Shown: positions 40,803 to 53,000 of the stretch, in pieces | Layout: each line of letters begins with the position of its first letter | Numbering within the stretch: the stretch's first letter is position 1 | Origin: Lama glama | Lineage: Eukaryota | Length of the DNA stretch: 64,000 bases | Assembly (NCBI GenBank): GCA_028534125.1 | Contig: CM052816.1 | Location: forward strand, 93,808,001-93,872,000 | Reading direction: 5' to 3' | Position numbers and translations under genes: made by a program | The notes under the pieces: model-generated | What the model saw: the letters and a program-made list of their open reading frames with translations, nothing else | What the model was told of the DNA's origin: nothing | Databases searched by the model: none

Positions 40803-41359
40803 TTTTTTTGTTAAATTGGTTACCTATTTCCTTTCCTAGCATCTATTATATTTTTCTCCTATGTTTTCTTATTGATATCCAATAATGCTATTGACTTTTT
40901 TTTTTAATTTTAATGCTGATCATTTTGCTATTTCTTATAGTTTGTATGCCCACCAGTGTTTAGTAGGTAGACAGTATTTTCTTGAATCATAAATTTTCTT
41001 AACAAATTCCATTTTTATTTGAAAACTCTAAACTCATTGCATTGATTGTCACCTCCAGTATAATGATGAATAGAAGTGGTCAGAGTGGGCAAATGATGGT
41101 TTATGGATCCGACAGGAATGACGTGAAATATTCAGCAAAATGGATGGTGTTTGGTAAGGGTTGTACATAGAAAATGATTATTGGGTTAATAATATTTCTT
41201 TTCTGTTTGCAATTAAAACTTCATCATGAATTATTAGTTACTTCTTACAATTTGTTTTACATGTAGGATGAGACTATCAAAGCATTTCCTCATTTAAACT
41301 ATTTTAAAGTGAACGTTCTTGAATTTCTCACATAAAAATTTCATTTTCAGCAATTTTTT

Positions 41360-42555
41360 TCCACTAGTATGTTTAATTTGTTCAGGTTTAGGTTTACAGA
41401 AATATTACACAGATGTACCCAGAGTTCCTACCCTCCATGTAGTTTCTTCTGTAATTAACACTGCATTATGTGATATGTTTGCAACCGCTGAGGAACCAAT
41501 ACAGATACAGTATTATTAGCTGAGGTCCAGAGTTTACATTGCAGTTCCTCCTTGGCGGTGTAAATTCTGTAGGCATTGACAAACGTATAATATCATGTAT
41601 GTACCTGCACAGATTGATAGGGAAGCATTTCCCTGCGTCAGCAATGCCTTGTGCTCCACAGACTCACCCCATTCCATCCACCTGCACCCACCCAACAAAC
41701 ACCAATCCTGTTACTGCATCCATCATTTTGCCTTACCCAGAATATCACATAGTTGGAAGCACACAGTGTGTAGCTGTTTTAGCCTGGACTCTTTCACTCA
41801 GCAGCTGTATGGACTGATGTGTGTCCCCCAGATTTCTTACACTGAAGCCTTAACTACCAATGTGACTGTATTAGCAGACATGGCCTTTGAAATGGCATTA
41901 AGGTTAAATGAGGTCATAAGGATGCAGCCTCAATCAATACACCAATTCGACTGGTGTCCTTATAAGAAGGGGGAAAGCACCAAGGATGTGCAAGCAGAGA
42001 GAAAGTTAGGACACAGGGAGAAGACAGCCATCTGCAAGCCAAGGAGAGACACCTGGGGAGAAACCAAACCTGCTGGCACCTTGATTTTGGATTCCCGCCC
42101 TCAGTGTTGTGAAAAATATATTTTCAATCTGTGATACTTTGTTAAAGCAGCCCTAACAAACTAATACAGCAAATACATTTAAGTTTCTGCAGTGTCTGTA
42201 CATGGCTCGATAGCTCATTTTTATTTTCATACACTTACCTATTGAAGGATATCTCGGTTGCTTCTAATTTTTGACTATTATATGTAAAGATGCTACAAAT
42301 ATTCATATGCAAGTTTTTGTGTGGACGTATATTTTCAGTACATTTGGGTAAATAGTTAGGAAAATGATCAGAGAATTGTATGATAAATTGAGATTTGGCT
42401 TTGTAAGAAACTGCCAGACTGTCTTCCAAAGGGACAAAGTGTGAAGTGGGTACTATTTTGAATTCCTACCAGCACTGAGAGTTCATATCGCTCCACACCT
42501 TCACCAGCCTTTAGTCTTGTATGTATTTTAGATTTTAGCCATTCTAACACATGTG
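41360..42555 (-). mobile_element. L1MC1/2-like 3' fragment, interrupted by MLT1B
   Basis: tttaggtttacagaaa...gaaccaata...tattattagctgaggtcca; resumes at 42169 with catggctcgatagctcattt...gtaagaaactgccagactgtcttccaaag. Confidence 0.8.
41806..42168 (+). mobile_element. MaLR solo LTR, MLT1B-like
   Basis: tgtatggactga...aaggttaaatgaggtcataagg...gactggtgtccttataagaag...gccatctgcaagccaaggagag...aactaataca. Confidence 0.9.
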
Positions 42556-42559
42556 ATTA

Positions 42560-44990
42560 TTGATATAGTTTGATTGATATCTACCATTTTCATTAATGTT
42601 TTCTAATACTTATCTTTATTCTTTGTTCCTTTTTTGTTTTTCACTTTTTTTTGCCTTTAGTGGTTTTAATTGAGCATTTTTTTCTCTTTTATTAATATAC
42701 CAATTATATACCTTTAAAAAAAACTTTTTTATTAGTTGCCCTAAAGTTTTCAATATATATTTACAACTAATTTAAGTCCACTTTTAACATGGGTATTTGA
42801 CACAACATTGTAAAATGATTATAAATAAAAAATGTTAAAAAAAAATTAAGTCCACTTTTAATTACCACCATGCTATCTCACAGGTAGTGCACTACTCTAT
42901 AGCAAAATGTTCCTAATTCTCCCCTCCTGTCCCTTATATCATTGCCATCATTTATTTCAATTATTCATAAGTTGTAATCATTGCTTACATTGTTGCTATT
43001 ATTATTTTGAATAAAATTATCTGTTATATTAAGAAAAAGAAAAAAATATTTATTCCTTCTTGAACACTCTTCCTTTCTTGATGTGAATCTGAGTTTCCGA
43101 CTTCTATCATTTTCCTTTTCTCTATAAAACCGTTGGCCATTTCTTGTAAAATAGATCTACTGTCAACAATTTTCTTCAATTATTTTTCAGTCATTATTTC
43201 TCCTTTACTTTTGAGGATATTTTTGCTGGATTAAGAGTTCTAGATTTTGAGGGTTTTTTTAAAATAATTCATTTTAACACTTTATTTATTTAACTCCATT
43301 CCTTTCTTGCTTACATGGGTTCTAGAAAAGTCAGATATAATTCTTATCTTTATTCCTCTATAGGGCAGGTGTTTCCTCCACCACTGGCTTCTTTCAAGAG
43401 TTTATGTTTGGTTTTGATTTTCTTTATTTTGTATGTAATAGGCCTAGCTGTTGGGTTTTTGTTTTGGTTTGACTTGGTTTGGTTTGGTTTGGTTTTGTTA
43501 TTCATTCTGCTTGGAGTTCTGTAAGTTTCCTGGATTTATAGTTTGGTGCCTGCCAATAATTATGGGGATTTCTCAGTCTGTATTACTTCAAATATTTGGG
43601 GTTTTTCCCTTATTTTCTTTCTTCTCCTTCTGCTATATTCATTATTTGTGTATCACACCTTTTGCCCCAAGTTTCTTAGGTATTCTGTCCCATTTTGTCC
43701 AGCCTATTAATATGTTTTCAATGTTGCATTCTTTTCTTAGCTGTGTACAGTCTACTGATGGGTCCATAGAAATTGCTTCTCCTTTCTGTTACAGTGTTTT
43801 TATTTCTAACATTTTATTTAGATTATTTCTTACCATTTCCATCTCCCTGCTTATATTACCCATTTGTTCTTGCATGTTGTCCACTTTTTGCATTAGTGCT
43901 CTAAGTAAATCACTCATAGATATTTTATACTCCTGGTCTGATATTTCCAAAAATTCTGCCATGTCTCAGTCTGCTTCTGCTATTTGTATTGTCTCTTCAA
44001 ATTTTTTGGTAATTTCTGCCTTTGAATATGCCTTGATTTTTGACAGCTGTACTTAAGGTATTGAGGAAAAGACACTGAGGTAAGCTGGTCTTTGGTGTGA
44101 GGCATTATGTTTATCTGGCTAGGAGTTAGGCTGTATTTATTACTTACTGTACCTGTAGATATCAGAGGCTTCAATTTCTCTGTTCTCCTTTTTGTCTCCC
44201 CCGAAATCTTGGGGTTTCCCTGATGATTCCTTCTTATACAGGTTCAGAACCTTTTCTCAGCCATAATATTCTGTATTTTTACAGGATCTCTGTTGATGGT
44301 GTGGTAAAATGCAGGGCAGGAGATGCTTTATGTAGTCCCATGATTAGTTCTCTGTCTGTAGTGAGCCACTGTACCACCATTTGTGACCTTCACAATTGCT
44401 TCTCAAGTTTTTGTTTATTTTTTTAAACTCTTTTGTGAGATGGAAAGACTCAAGGGGGCTGGAATTGAGTGGTCTCTCCCTGCATATGAGCTAACTTATG
44501 TCAGTTATTTGGTATTATATTTTCATTGAGGTCACATCCTTGATAAGAAGCATAAAACACTCTAAGCATATGTCTAAATGGTTACTTTTTCTCTTTTTCT
44601 GCTGAAAGCATGAGGGGATTTTTCTCTAATTCTTACCATTGTCATCTGGTAAGAGTTTTAAGAGTCAGGCTTATGAAAATGTGGGGATCCCCAAAAGGCT
44701 GTTATTCTTCCAGGAGTTCTTAACCTCTCAAGCTTGCTCATGTTTATCCTACAGCAATTAATCAATTATCCTTTGAATATTGCTACTCAGTCTTGGCTCT
44801 AGTGATGGCTTCTTCTCCCAGTAAACAATCCTTCTCTTTTTCTGCCTGTATCTTCAGTTTACAAGATTTGCCCTATGACTTAAATTCTCTGATCATTTAA
44901 GAAGAGTTGTTGATTTTCAGGTTTTTCAACTTTTTCCTTGTTGTGAGGATGGGAGTGGTAACTTTACATGTTGGACCAGAAACCGGATAT
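42560..44990 (-). mobile_element. Old L1M (L1MC/MD-like) inter-ORF, ORF1 and 5' region
   Basis: Long T-rich antisense stretch with ORF1 hallmarks (gtccagcctattaat, tgtacagtctactgatgggtcca, ccatctccctgcttatattacccatttgttcttgcatgttgtccac). Confidence 0.75.
42788..42845 (+). mobile_element. Ultra-short (58 bp) young L1 3' tail insertion
   Basis: ttgacacaacattgtaaaatgattataaataaaaaatgtt(A)n flanked by perfect 16-bp TSD ttaagtccacttttaa (42772-42787, 42846-42861). Confidence 0.9.
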
Positions 44991-45749
44991 TAGTGATGGA
45001 TTTTAAAGTACTAACTATGTATGTTATTTTCCAAACTGGCAAGTTTATAATTAACTCAAAATATTTATGCTTAAATTTATAAATGAGGGGGGCTTATAAT
45101 ATTTTATTTTTGTAAATTATTTGAATAACCTTAATGGGAATACAGAGTAAATTCATAAAATAATGTCTTTAAGATTGTAAGTTTAAATCTCTAAACATAC
45201 TAGGACTTTTCTAATTTTGATCATCAATATTTAAACTAATTTCACTTTGATTAGAAAATATAATTGTAATCAGTGTTATATTTACATTTTTTAATTTATC
45301 ACACATTTTTGTGACTTAATGAACAGTTTTTTTTAATATTCACTTCATGTTTGGAAAAAAAAGGTTTATTTTCTAATTGTCTGGTTCAAAAAGATCTAAA
45401 TACATTCATTCTACCAATAACATAGTGTATAGAATTATTCTTCTAGTACTTTCAATTTACTTTTTGAGTATATATTAATGCCTACAAGTCCATAGTTATT
45501 TTACATTCTTGTGGCATTACTTCCTCTTTTCATTTTTTTACTTTCCATTCTTTTTTTTGTTTGTTTTAGTTTTGTGTTTTTTTAATTTATACTTTTCATT
45601 CTTTAGTTATTACATTCCTTGTCATTTTATTTTAATTTTTACCTCAAAATAGTTCATTAAGGAACCTTACTAAATTCGAGTCTTAATATTTTAAAATTTT
45701 ATAATTATTGATACACTTCTAGCATCACTTGTACACTGTTCTTTTAAAG

Positions 45750-46250
45750 TAAAACAATTATTTTGATGAAATTTCAAGCTTAAAGGATAGTTACAAGAAT
45801 AGTACAAAATTCTCGCACATGTAAATTTCACCCACATCCCCCACTGTCAAGGATTCTGCTGTATTAGCTGTAAGTTTTGAATGCTCTTATGTTCCTCTCT
45901 TTCTCGCTCTCTGTCCTGCCTTCTATATTTTTCTGAATCATTTGGCAGCACATTGCAGAGTTGCAGACAGGACAGCATTATCTTATATAAAATACCCTTT
46001 CAGTTAAATTTTTCTGATCTACCTTCATGATTTGATTCAGGTAATATACTTTTTGCATCAACATCACTGAATAGACTCTGTGTTCTTCTTAATGCCTTAG
46101 ATTAGGGGGTACTTTATATGGATGGGCCTCATTAGTGGCGACATTAACTGTAATCACTTGGTTGAAGAAGTGTCTGTCAGTTTTCTTCACTGTAAATTAC
46201 TATCTTTCCCTTCATAATTAGAAAGATGTTTATGGGGAGATACTTTCAGC
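45750..46250 (-). mobile_element. L1MC4/5-like 3' fragment
   Basis: aatttcaagctt...agttacaagaatagtacaaa; atcacttggttgaag..gtgtctgtcagttttcttcactgtaaa...ggggagatacttt. Confidence 0.65.
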
Positions 46251-47676
46251 TCATTTATTGGATTTCTCTTTAGCGTGAGCTGTCAGTGTAGTAAAGTATG
46301 GGGACTTTTTTTTTGTTACCCTCCACGGTTTTCCATGTTCTCCTTTTTTCTTTCACTGCATAGTTTCTCAAAGTTACCTTTCTTTCTATAATCTTCTCCC
46401 CTAAAGCATCGCCTCTGCTGTTTTAGGGGCAATACAACATATTTTATCCCTGTATGTCTACATTCCATTTTTAAAATTCATATTTTAGGATACTTTCTAA
46501 AAGTTTAAAGTATTTCTAAATCTCTACCCTTTTCCTGTTTACGTATTTTCATTTACTTTGACTAACACCACAAAACCTCAGACCCACAGCCTGAATATAT
46601 CTTTTTAATGAAATCTACAGTGTCAGTTTTCTTTTAAAATTATTGAAAAATATATGTTTCAAGGTCAATAATTTATTACTTTGTCATGCATTGGGGAATT
46701 CTTTTGCTCATTCTTATTTTTTCTACTTGCTTCCATATTCTTCTTGATAAAATCTATTCTTTAATATTTCATTGTGTGAGGATGTGACTGTGGGTGTGTA
46801 TACTCCTTGTGTCTCTGTATATCTGAGAATGTTTGCATATATTCCAGAGTGAATCTAATTTCTGATTCTTATATTTCTTCATGCCATTCTAGCTTACACA
46901 TTTAACTTGTGTGCATTTCTAGTTACTTGCTTTTGGTCTCTTTTATCTTGTCATCCTTCCCTAACTCTTGCCTGATGTCCTGACATTGGATTCACTGGGA
47001 GATCCAAGCGCCCTAATTCAGAATTAGATCTTCGAGTTTCAGTCATGACATCTAAAATCCAGTCACTCGGCCTGTGTATGTTAGACTCAATTCCTGATAG
47101 CAGACTGTTCTCTGCCTTCCATCTTTCTTGGGCTGCACATTTCGTGAAGCCAGGTCCCCAGGCAACAGCAGGAGACAACTTGGTCAAACTTTTTCATGAA
47201 TTAGACAGCCACCTCTTCTCTCATTCACTTTGGCTGAAATCTCAAATTTCACATCAAAAACATTTAGTATCAAACTCCTGAAGAGAGAAAAACTCACCTT
47301 TCCTTACTTTATTCCAGGCCAATAATCCAACAGCCTCAACCCTTTCTTACATTTTTGCATTTCTGTCCTGTTTAAAAACACAGTTGCCTTGCTTTTGAGT
47401 ATCACTATTACCATTAAATTCTTTTTTTTTTCTTTCAAGAGGCATTTATTCAATGAAAAAAATCAAGTATTTTAATGTGCTGGCTTTATACTTTAAATGT
47501 ACAAAGACTTCTTAACTATTAAATAATAAAATAACATTGATATATATTTTTTTCATCTCAGTGTCATGAGTAGCACATTTTAAGGGTCTTTTTCAGGAAA
47601 AGTTGAAGAATAGGCTACTGAGATAGCACCAGTGGGATGGTGCATTTTAGTTTGATACCAAGTATTACTCTATAAT

Positions 47677-48035
47677 TTTCATTTCTTTACACTAACAATG
47701 AAATAGCAGGAAAAGAAACAATCCCTTTTAAAATCACATCCAAAACAATAAGATACCTAGGAATAAATCTGACCAAGGAGGTTAAAAACTTATACATGGA
47801 GAACTACAGAATATTGATTAAGGAAATTAAAGATGACTTAAAGATATGGAAAGATATCCCATGCTCTGGGATTGGAAGAATCAATATTGTTAAAATGGCC
47901 ATACTGCCCGAGGCAATCTACAGATTTAATGCGATCCCTATCAAATTACCCAGGACATTTTTCACAGAACTAGAATAAATAATACTAAATTTTATATAGA
48001 ATCACAAAAGACCCAGAATTGCCAAACCAATACTG
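47677..48035 (+). mobile_element. Internal ORF2 fragment of a young L1 (no tail)
   Basis: ORF 47796-47978 [35 protein letters not shown] is classic L1 ORF2 just after the RT domain. Confidence 0.92.
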
Positions 48036-48480
48036 CAAATTTGTTCTATCCAATATTGAAAATGGAGCATTCAAGTCTGCAACATACAGACTGACCTTTC
48101 TATCATACAAGGTCTATCTTTATATCTGGTAACATTTTTTGTTCCAATGTCTCCTGTGCCCTATATTTTTATAGCCCCTCTGACTTTCCTATGATTGCTG
48201 TTTGCATGATAGATCTTATTCCTTCCTTTTGATTTTAGCCTATTTGAATCTGTGTCTCCTACGATAGCAGATAGTTGAATATTGTTTTCTTATTATCCAG
48301 TCTGACAATTTCGATGTTTTGATTTGATTGTGTAATATATTCACATTTAATGTTATTATTGACATAGGTGGATTTGCATCTGTGAATTTCCTTTGGTTTT
48401 CTATATTTTCCATGTGTTTTTTGTGCGTGCCTCTATTCCTCCTGTATTGCTTCCTTTGTATTAAGTAAATATTTTCTAGT
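48036..48480 (-). mobile_element. Old L1M endonuclease-region fragment
   Basis: gttctatccaatattgaaaatggagcattcaagtct...ctgtttgcatg...atccagtctgacaat...ttcacatttaatgt. Confidence 0.75.
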
Positions 48481-49362
48481 GTGGAAGAATTCTGGTTACT
48501 GATTCAATGCCCTTCTTAATGATTAGTCTGTTCAGATATCCTATTTCTTTCTGGTTTCATCGTGGTGAGAGGAATGAGTTAAAGACTGAAATGTTGAGAA
48601 CTGAAACCATGAAAATCATAGAAGGACATTTGGCAAAAACACTTCTCGAGAGAAGTCTTGGCAATAATTCTTGAATATGACACTTAAAGCACAAGAAACA
48701 AAGTAAAAAATAAACATGTGGGACTATATTAAACTAAAAAGCCTCTGTACCATAAAAGAACCAATCAACAAAATGAAAAGGCAAGCTATGTAATGGTAAA
48801 AATATTTGTGAATCATATATCTGATAAGAGGTTAGTATCCAAAATATATAAATAGCTCTTACAACTCAAAAAAAAAACCACAAGTAATCCAATTAAAAAT
48901 GAACAAAGAAACTAAACAAATTCCAAATTAGATATTCAAATGGCCAACGTGTACATGAAAGAGTACTAGACATCACTAGTAATTAGAGAAATGCAAATCA
49001 AAGCCTCAGCAAGGTATCATCACATGCCTGTTAGAATGACTGGCATCAAAAAGACAAGAGATAACAAATGCCGGTGTGAATGTGGAGAAATGGGAACACC
49101 AGTGCACTTTCGGTGACAATGTAAATTAGTACAACCAGTATGGAAAATACTGTGGAGTTTTCTCAAAAAGTTAACAACAGAGCTACCAGCAATCTCTCTC
49201 TCAGTGTATGCCTCAAAGAAATAAAACTGTGATGTTGAAAAGGTATCTGCACCTTCATCTATTTTTCATTGCAGTATTATTTAGAATAGCCAAGATATGG
49301 AAACAACCTAAGTGTCTACTAACAAATGAATGGATAAAGAAAATGTGATGTATATATATATC

Positions 49363-49395
<33 letters not shown>

Positions 49396-49905
49396 ACAAT
49401 GAAATATTATTCAGCATTAAAAAGGAAACCCTGCCATTTGTGACATCATGACTGGGACTTGAGGGTATCATGCTAAGTGAAATAAGTCGGACAGAGAAAG
49501 ACATATACTGTATGATCTCACTTATATGTGGAATTTAAAAAAAAAACCCTCATAGAAAAAGAGATGAGATTTGTGATTGCAAAAGGCAAGGGTGGAGGAA
49601 GGGGGAATTAGGTAAAAGTGGTCAAAAGGTACAAAATTTCAGTTGTAAGATAAGTACTGGGGATTTAGCTTACAACATGATGACTGCAGTTAACAATGCC
49701 TCATGGTATATTTGCAAGTTGCTATGAGAATAGATCCTGAAATCTCTCTTTACAAAGAAAAAATGTTTTAATTATACATATATGAGAATGTGGAAGTTAA
49801 ACCTATTGTGGCTGTCATTTCACAATATATACTACGTTGGGTCATTAAGTTGTATATCTTAAACTTACACAGCGTTGTATGCCAGTTATGTCTCAATAAA
49901 ACTAG
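48481..49905 (+). mobile_element. L1MA9-like 3' portion preceded by a short inverted ORF2 piece (48481-48570)
   Basis: Sense ORF2 3' region and 3' UTR ending tgtctcaataaaactag; antisense ttactgattcaat...tctgttcagat..ctatttctt in front; (TA)n(TG)n at 49350-49395. Confidence 0.88.
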
Positions 49906-52814
49906 AAGTGAAGAACAATATTTTATTCTGGTACATTGGGACAGAGCTAACCTGTAACTCGAGATTCTGAACATAGGAAATGAAAAAAGCTTAAAATTGG
50001 GCTTTCAAAATTCTGGGGTGCTATAATCTAAGAACATTGATGTAAAATTCAGGAAACTTAAATTCCAGTTATATATTTTATGGATCATGTTATGAAACAA
50101 AATAAGTTAAGTAAATTTCAATTTCTTTTTAAGTAAAGTGAGGCTAATAAAATGCAGGTATGTAATGAGAAGTGCCACAAATATTATTGAAAAATGGATT
50201 ATCTTGAACAATATTCTATTTTATTAAAATTCTTAAAATAGAATTATATATATAGTTTTAATTACCTCCCTTTCTATTAATTGGGAGGCTAGTATATTTC
50301 AGGGCAAATTAGAATTGAAAAAAATATGTTGGGATTTTCTAAGTTTAGGAATGGCTCGTTCTTCCAGATCATTTATGAAAGATATTCAGATATGACATAT
50401 GGTCAACACATCTGTCCTGAAATAAACAGTAGATAATGTCAAATTTGAAATTTTATTCTTTGTTCTGGAAATAGCAAAGTAGCTGAACTGATAACTAAGA
50501 CATAATGTCTAGTGGAGAGAGGCTAACTGATTCAACCAAAATGATTTACTTTTTAAATCAATAATCATCACACTTAGATATTAATTAAATTATTGAAATG
50601 TAGCCAAACATTTTCAAGAAACAGTCCAGTCCCCTATCCAACTGGCAGTGTATGGCCAATGGCATCTACATTAAATCTACATTAAAAAATGGTCGTTAAG
50701 CTTTAAGATTGAAACACTTATGAACAATTGAAGGTTACTAGACTGTAAGGTCATATTGACAAAGATTTTAGACCAGTTAGAGAGTTTGCTTGTGATATAA
50801 TCAAAGACATGTATGAGACTAAGAAAACAACATAAGTATGAGGTAATGATAAAATGCAGAGAAGAGACCAAAAATTTTACAGAAAAAGAAATATAAACAT
50901 GGTACAGTGTGTGGTTTATTTGAAAATACTGTTTATATCATCCTACTCATACGAGCATTTAATAATTTAGCTAACTGTATATCTGTCTATCCATAGAAAG
51001 AGAGAATTATATAGTATATAATTAGCTTAAGAAAAAGGAGAATCTATAATGGAGATTTGTGTATAAGATCTAAATCCTAATGTTCTTTAGCTGATAATTA
51101 CTGTGTAAATTTGAAAACATATATTTAAATATTGGTATGAGCATACTATTTTAAAAAAATCATTCTATATATAAATAAAGTTTCTAGTAATTTGGAAGAT
51201 GGGGACTCAGGAGTACTCTTTTTAATGATAAACTTGTACCATTACTTGGTGTTTAATATGTACAAAACAATTGTGATAAAAATGTTAAATGAAACAATGT
51301 TTAAATACATATTGTTATAAACATATAGTCTATTTTAAGATAAAAATGAATAATTAAAATGATAAAGTCATTTACATGAAATAATGTTCACCTTTCATAA
51401 TTATCGGTTGGACAATGATAATTTTACCTCATATTTGATTTTATCCTTTATCCCTATAGCTCTTTCAGTGTAATAGAGCATTGTCTGTACAATAAAATTT
51501 GTTCTAAAGAAAACAAATATAATTTAAATTACTATAAAACCAAAATTTCAAAGATCTGAAGTCTCGGACACAGCTGTGTAAAAATGTTTGAAAACATCTA
51601 TAAAAAAATATAAAAAATAATGAAATAATTGTCTGCAGATACAGGGACAATAGCAATACAAAAGGGGAGAAAAAAGGTATGAATTCCCTTAGAAAAGAAA
51701 ATTAAACCACGTTTATGAGTAAAATCCAATGAGTCTTGCAACAAACAAGCAGGAGGCAGAACTCTCCAGCAGCCAAGCAGGATGTAAGCCACTGGGAAAT
51801 CACGAAGAGGCAGACCAGCCGGGGAGAAATGCCAGCTGACGGCCAGAGCGTGGGACCCAAAGGCATAGCCCCAGCTGGCAGAAACTGAGGTGAGATAGCG
51901 GGCATCGGGGGAACGGGGCATTCAAATAACAAATACAGTCGAGAAGGAAAAAAACTTAATCCTAGAGTAGTGAATATACACATATACAAATGAAGAGCCG
52001 CCAAAAGCCCTTGGGGCTCCAAATGCTACAACAAGAAGAACGTAAACATACAACACACTAAATCTGAAGTCAGGAAAACCGCTGCAGAGAAGAGCGTGAA
52101 CAAGCCTCAGCAGGAAATCTAGTGCAAAGGAATCCTGCCTTTCCAGGTCCTTCACAATATTCAGTAGACAAGGAGGACACCCAGTATATATATGGACAAG
52201 GTGAAAAGTGCTTAGGGAAGATAGCAGGTATTACCGGGCAAGTGGAATATTATTTTTTTTTAAATGAGAAAAAAATCATGCTTAAATGTATCAGTTAGAG
52301 GTGATCTATTGCATAGTATCTCCAAACTGATTTAAAGGTCAATGTTGACTATGACACTATAATTTTTAAATCCTAAAGAATAGCATCAACTAGTCAGCAA
52401 CATTTTGCTTAGCACGGAACAAATTAAGCACCATTTATTTCCTATATGAATATTTCTTTCAAACCTCATGGATCTATGGCAAACAATAGGAGATACAGCT
52501 ATATATTAGATTTGTTTTAGGGCAGAATCAAAGATAAGAGAAAGACTATTGCTGTGTTAATATAGTTACAAATCCTTATCACATATCTACGGACAAAAGT
52601 TGCACTCTGAACACTTACTTTTCAGTGCACTGTTGGCTGGTAGAGGCCAGGCTGTATTCTGTTAACACATAACAACACAGGTGATGTAATTCTCAGGGCA
52701 GTTTCCAGGCTAGGGCATGGTAGATAGGTAATCCATTGCCTCAAAGGACAGAAACTTTGGTTTAGTGTCGCACTACAGTTCCTCTAAAACATCATTATTT
52801 GAAAATAGGAAGTT

Positions 52815-53000
52815 ATAAACAAGTTTATACTGTATAGCACAGGGAAATATATACAAGATCTTGTAATAGCACATGGTGAAAAAGAATATGAAAATGAATA
52901 TATGTATACTGATGTATGATTGAAAAATTGTTCTGTACACCAGAAATTGACACAACATTGTAAACTGACTATAGCTCAATAAAATTTTAAAAAATAAAAT
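52815..53000 (+). mobile_element. Short young camelid L1 3' end
   Basis: tactgtatagcacagggaaatatatacaag...ctgtacaccagaaattgacacaacattgtaaactgactat..ctcaataaaa; TSD aaaata(g/t)gaagtt at 52802-52814 and 53001-53013. Confidence 0.9.

Noticed and set aside
41595..42134. 179-aa ORF
   Set aside because: Runs across an L1MC/MLT1B junction; a chance frame in TE sequence.
43451..44056. Longest ORF (201 aa, hydrophobic, membrane-protein-like)
   Set aside because: Antisense reading of a T-rich L1 ORF1 remnant; the F/L/S/I bias is compositional and the start codon is non-ATG.
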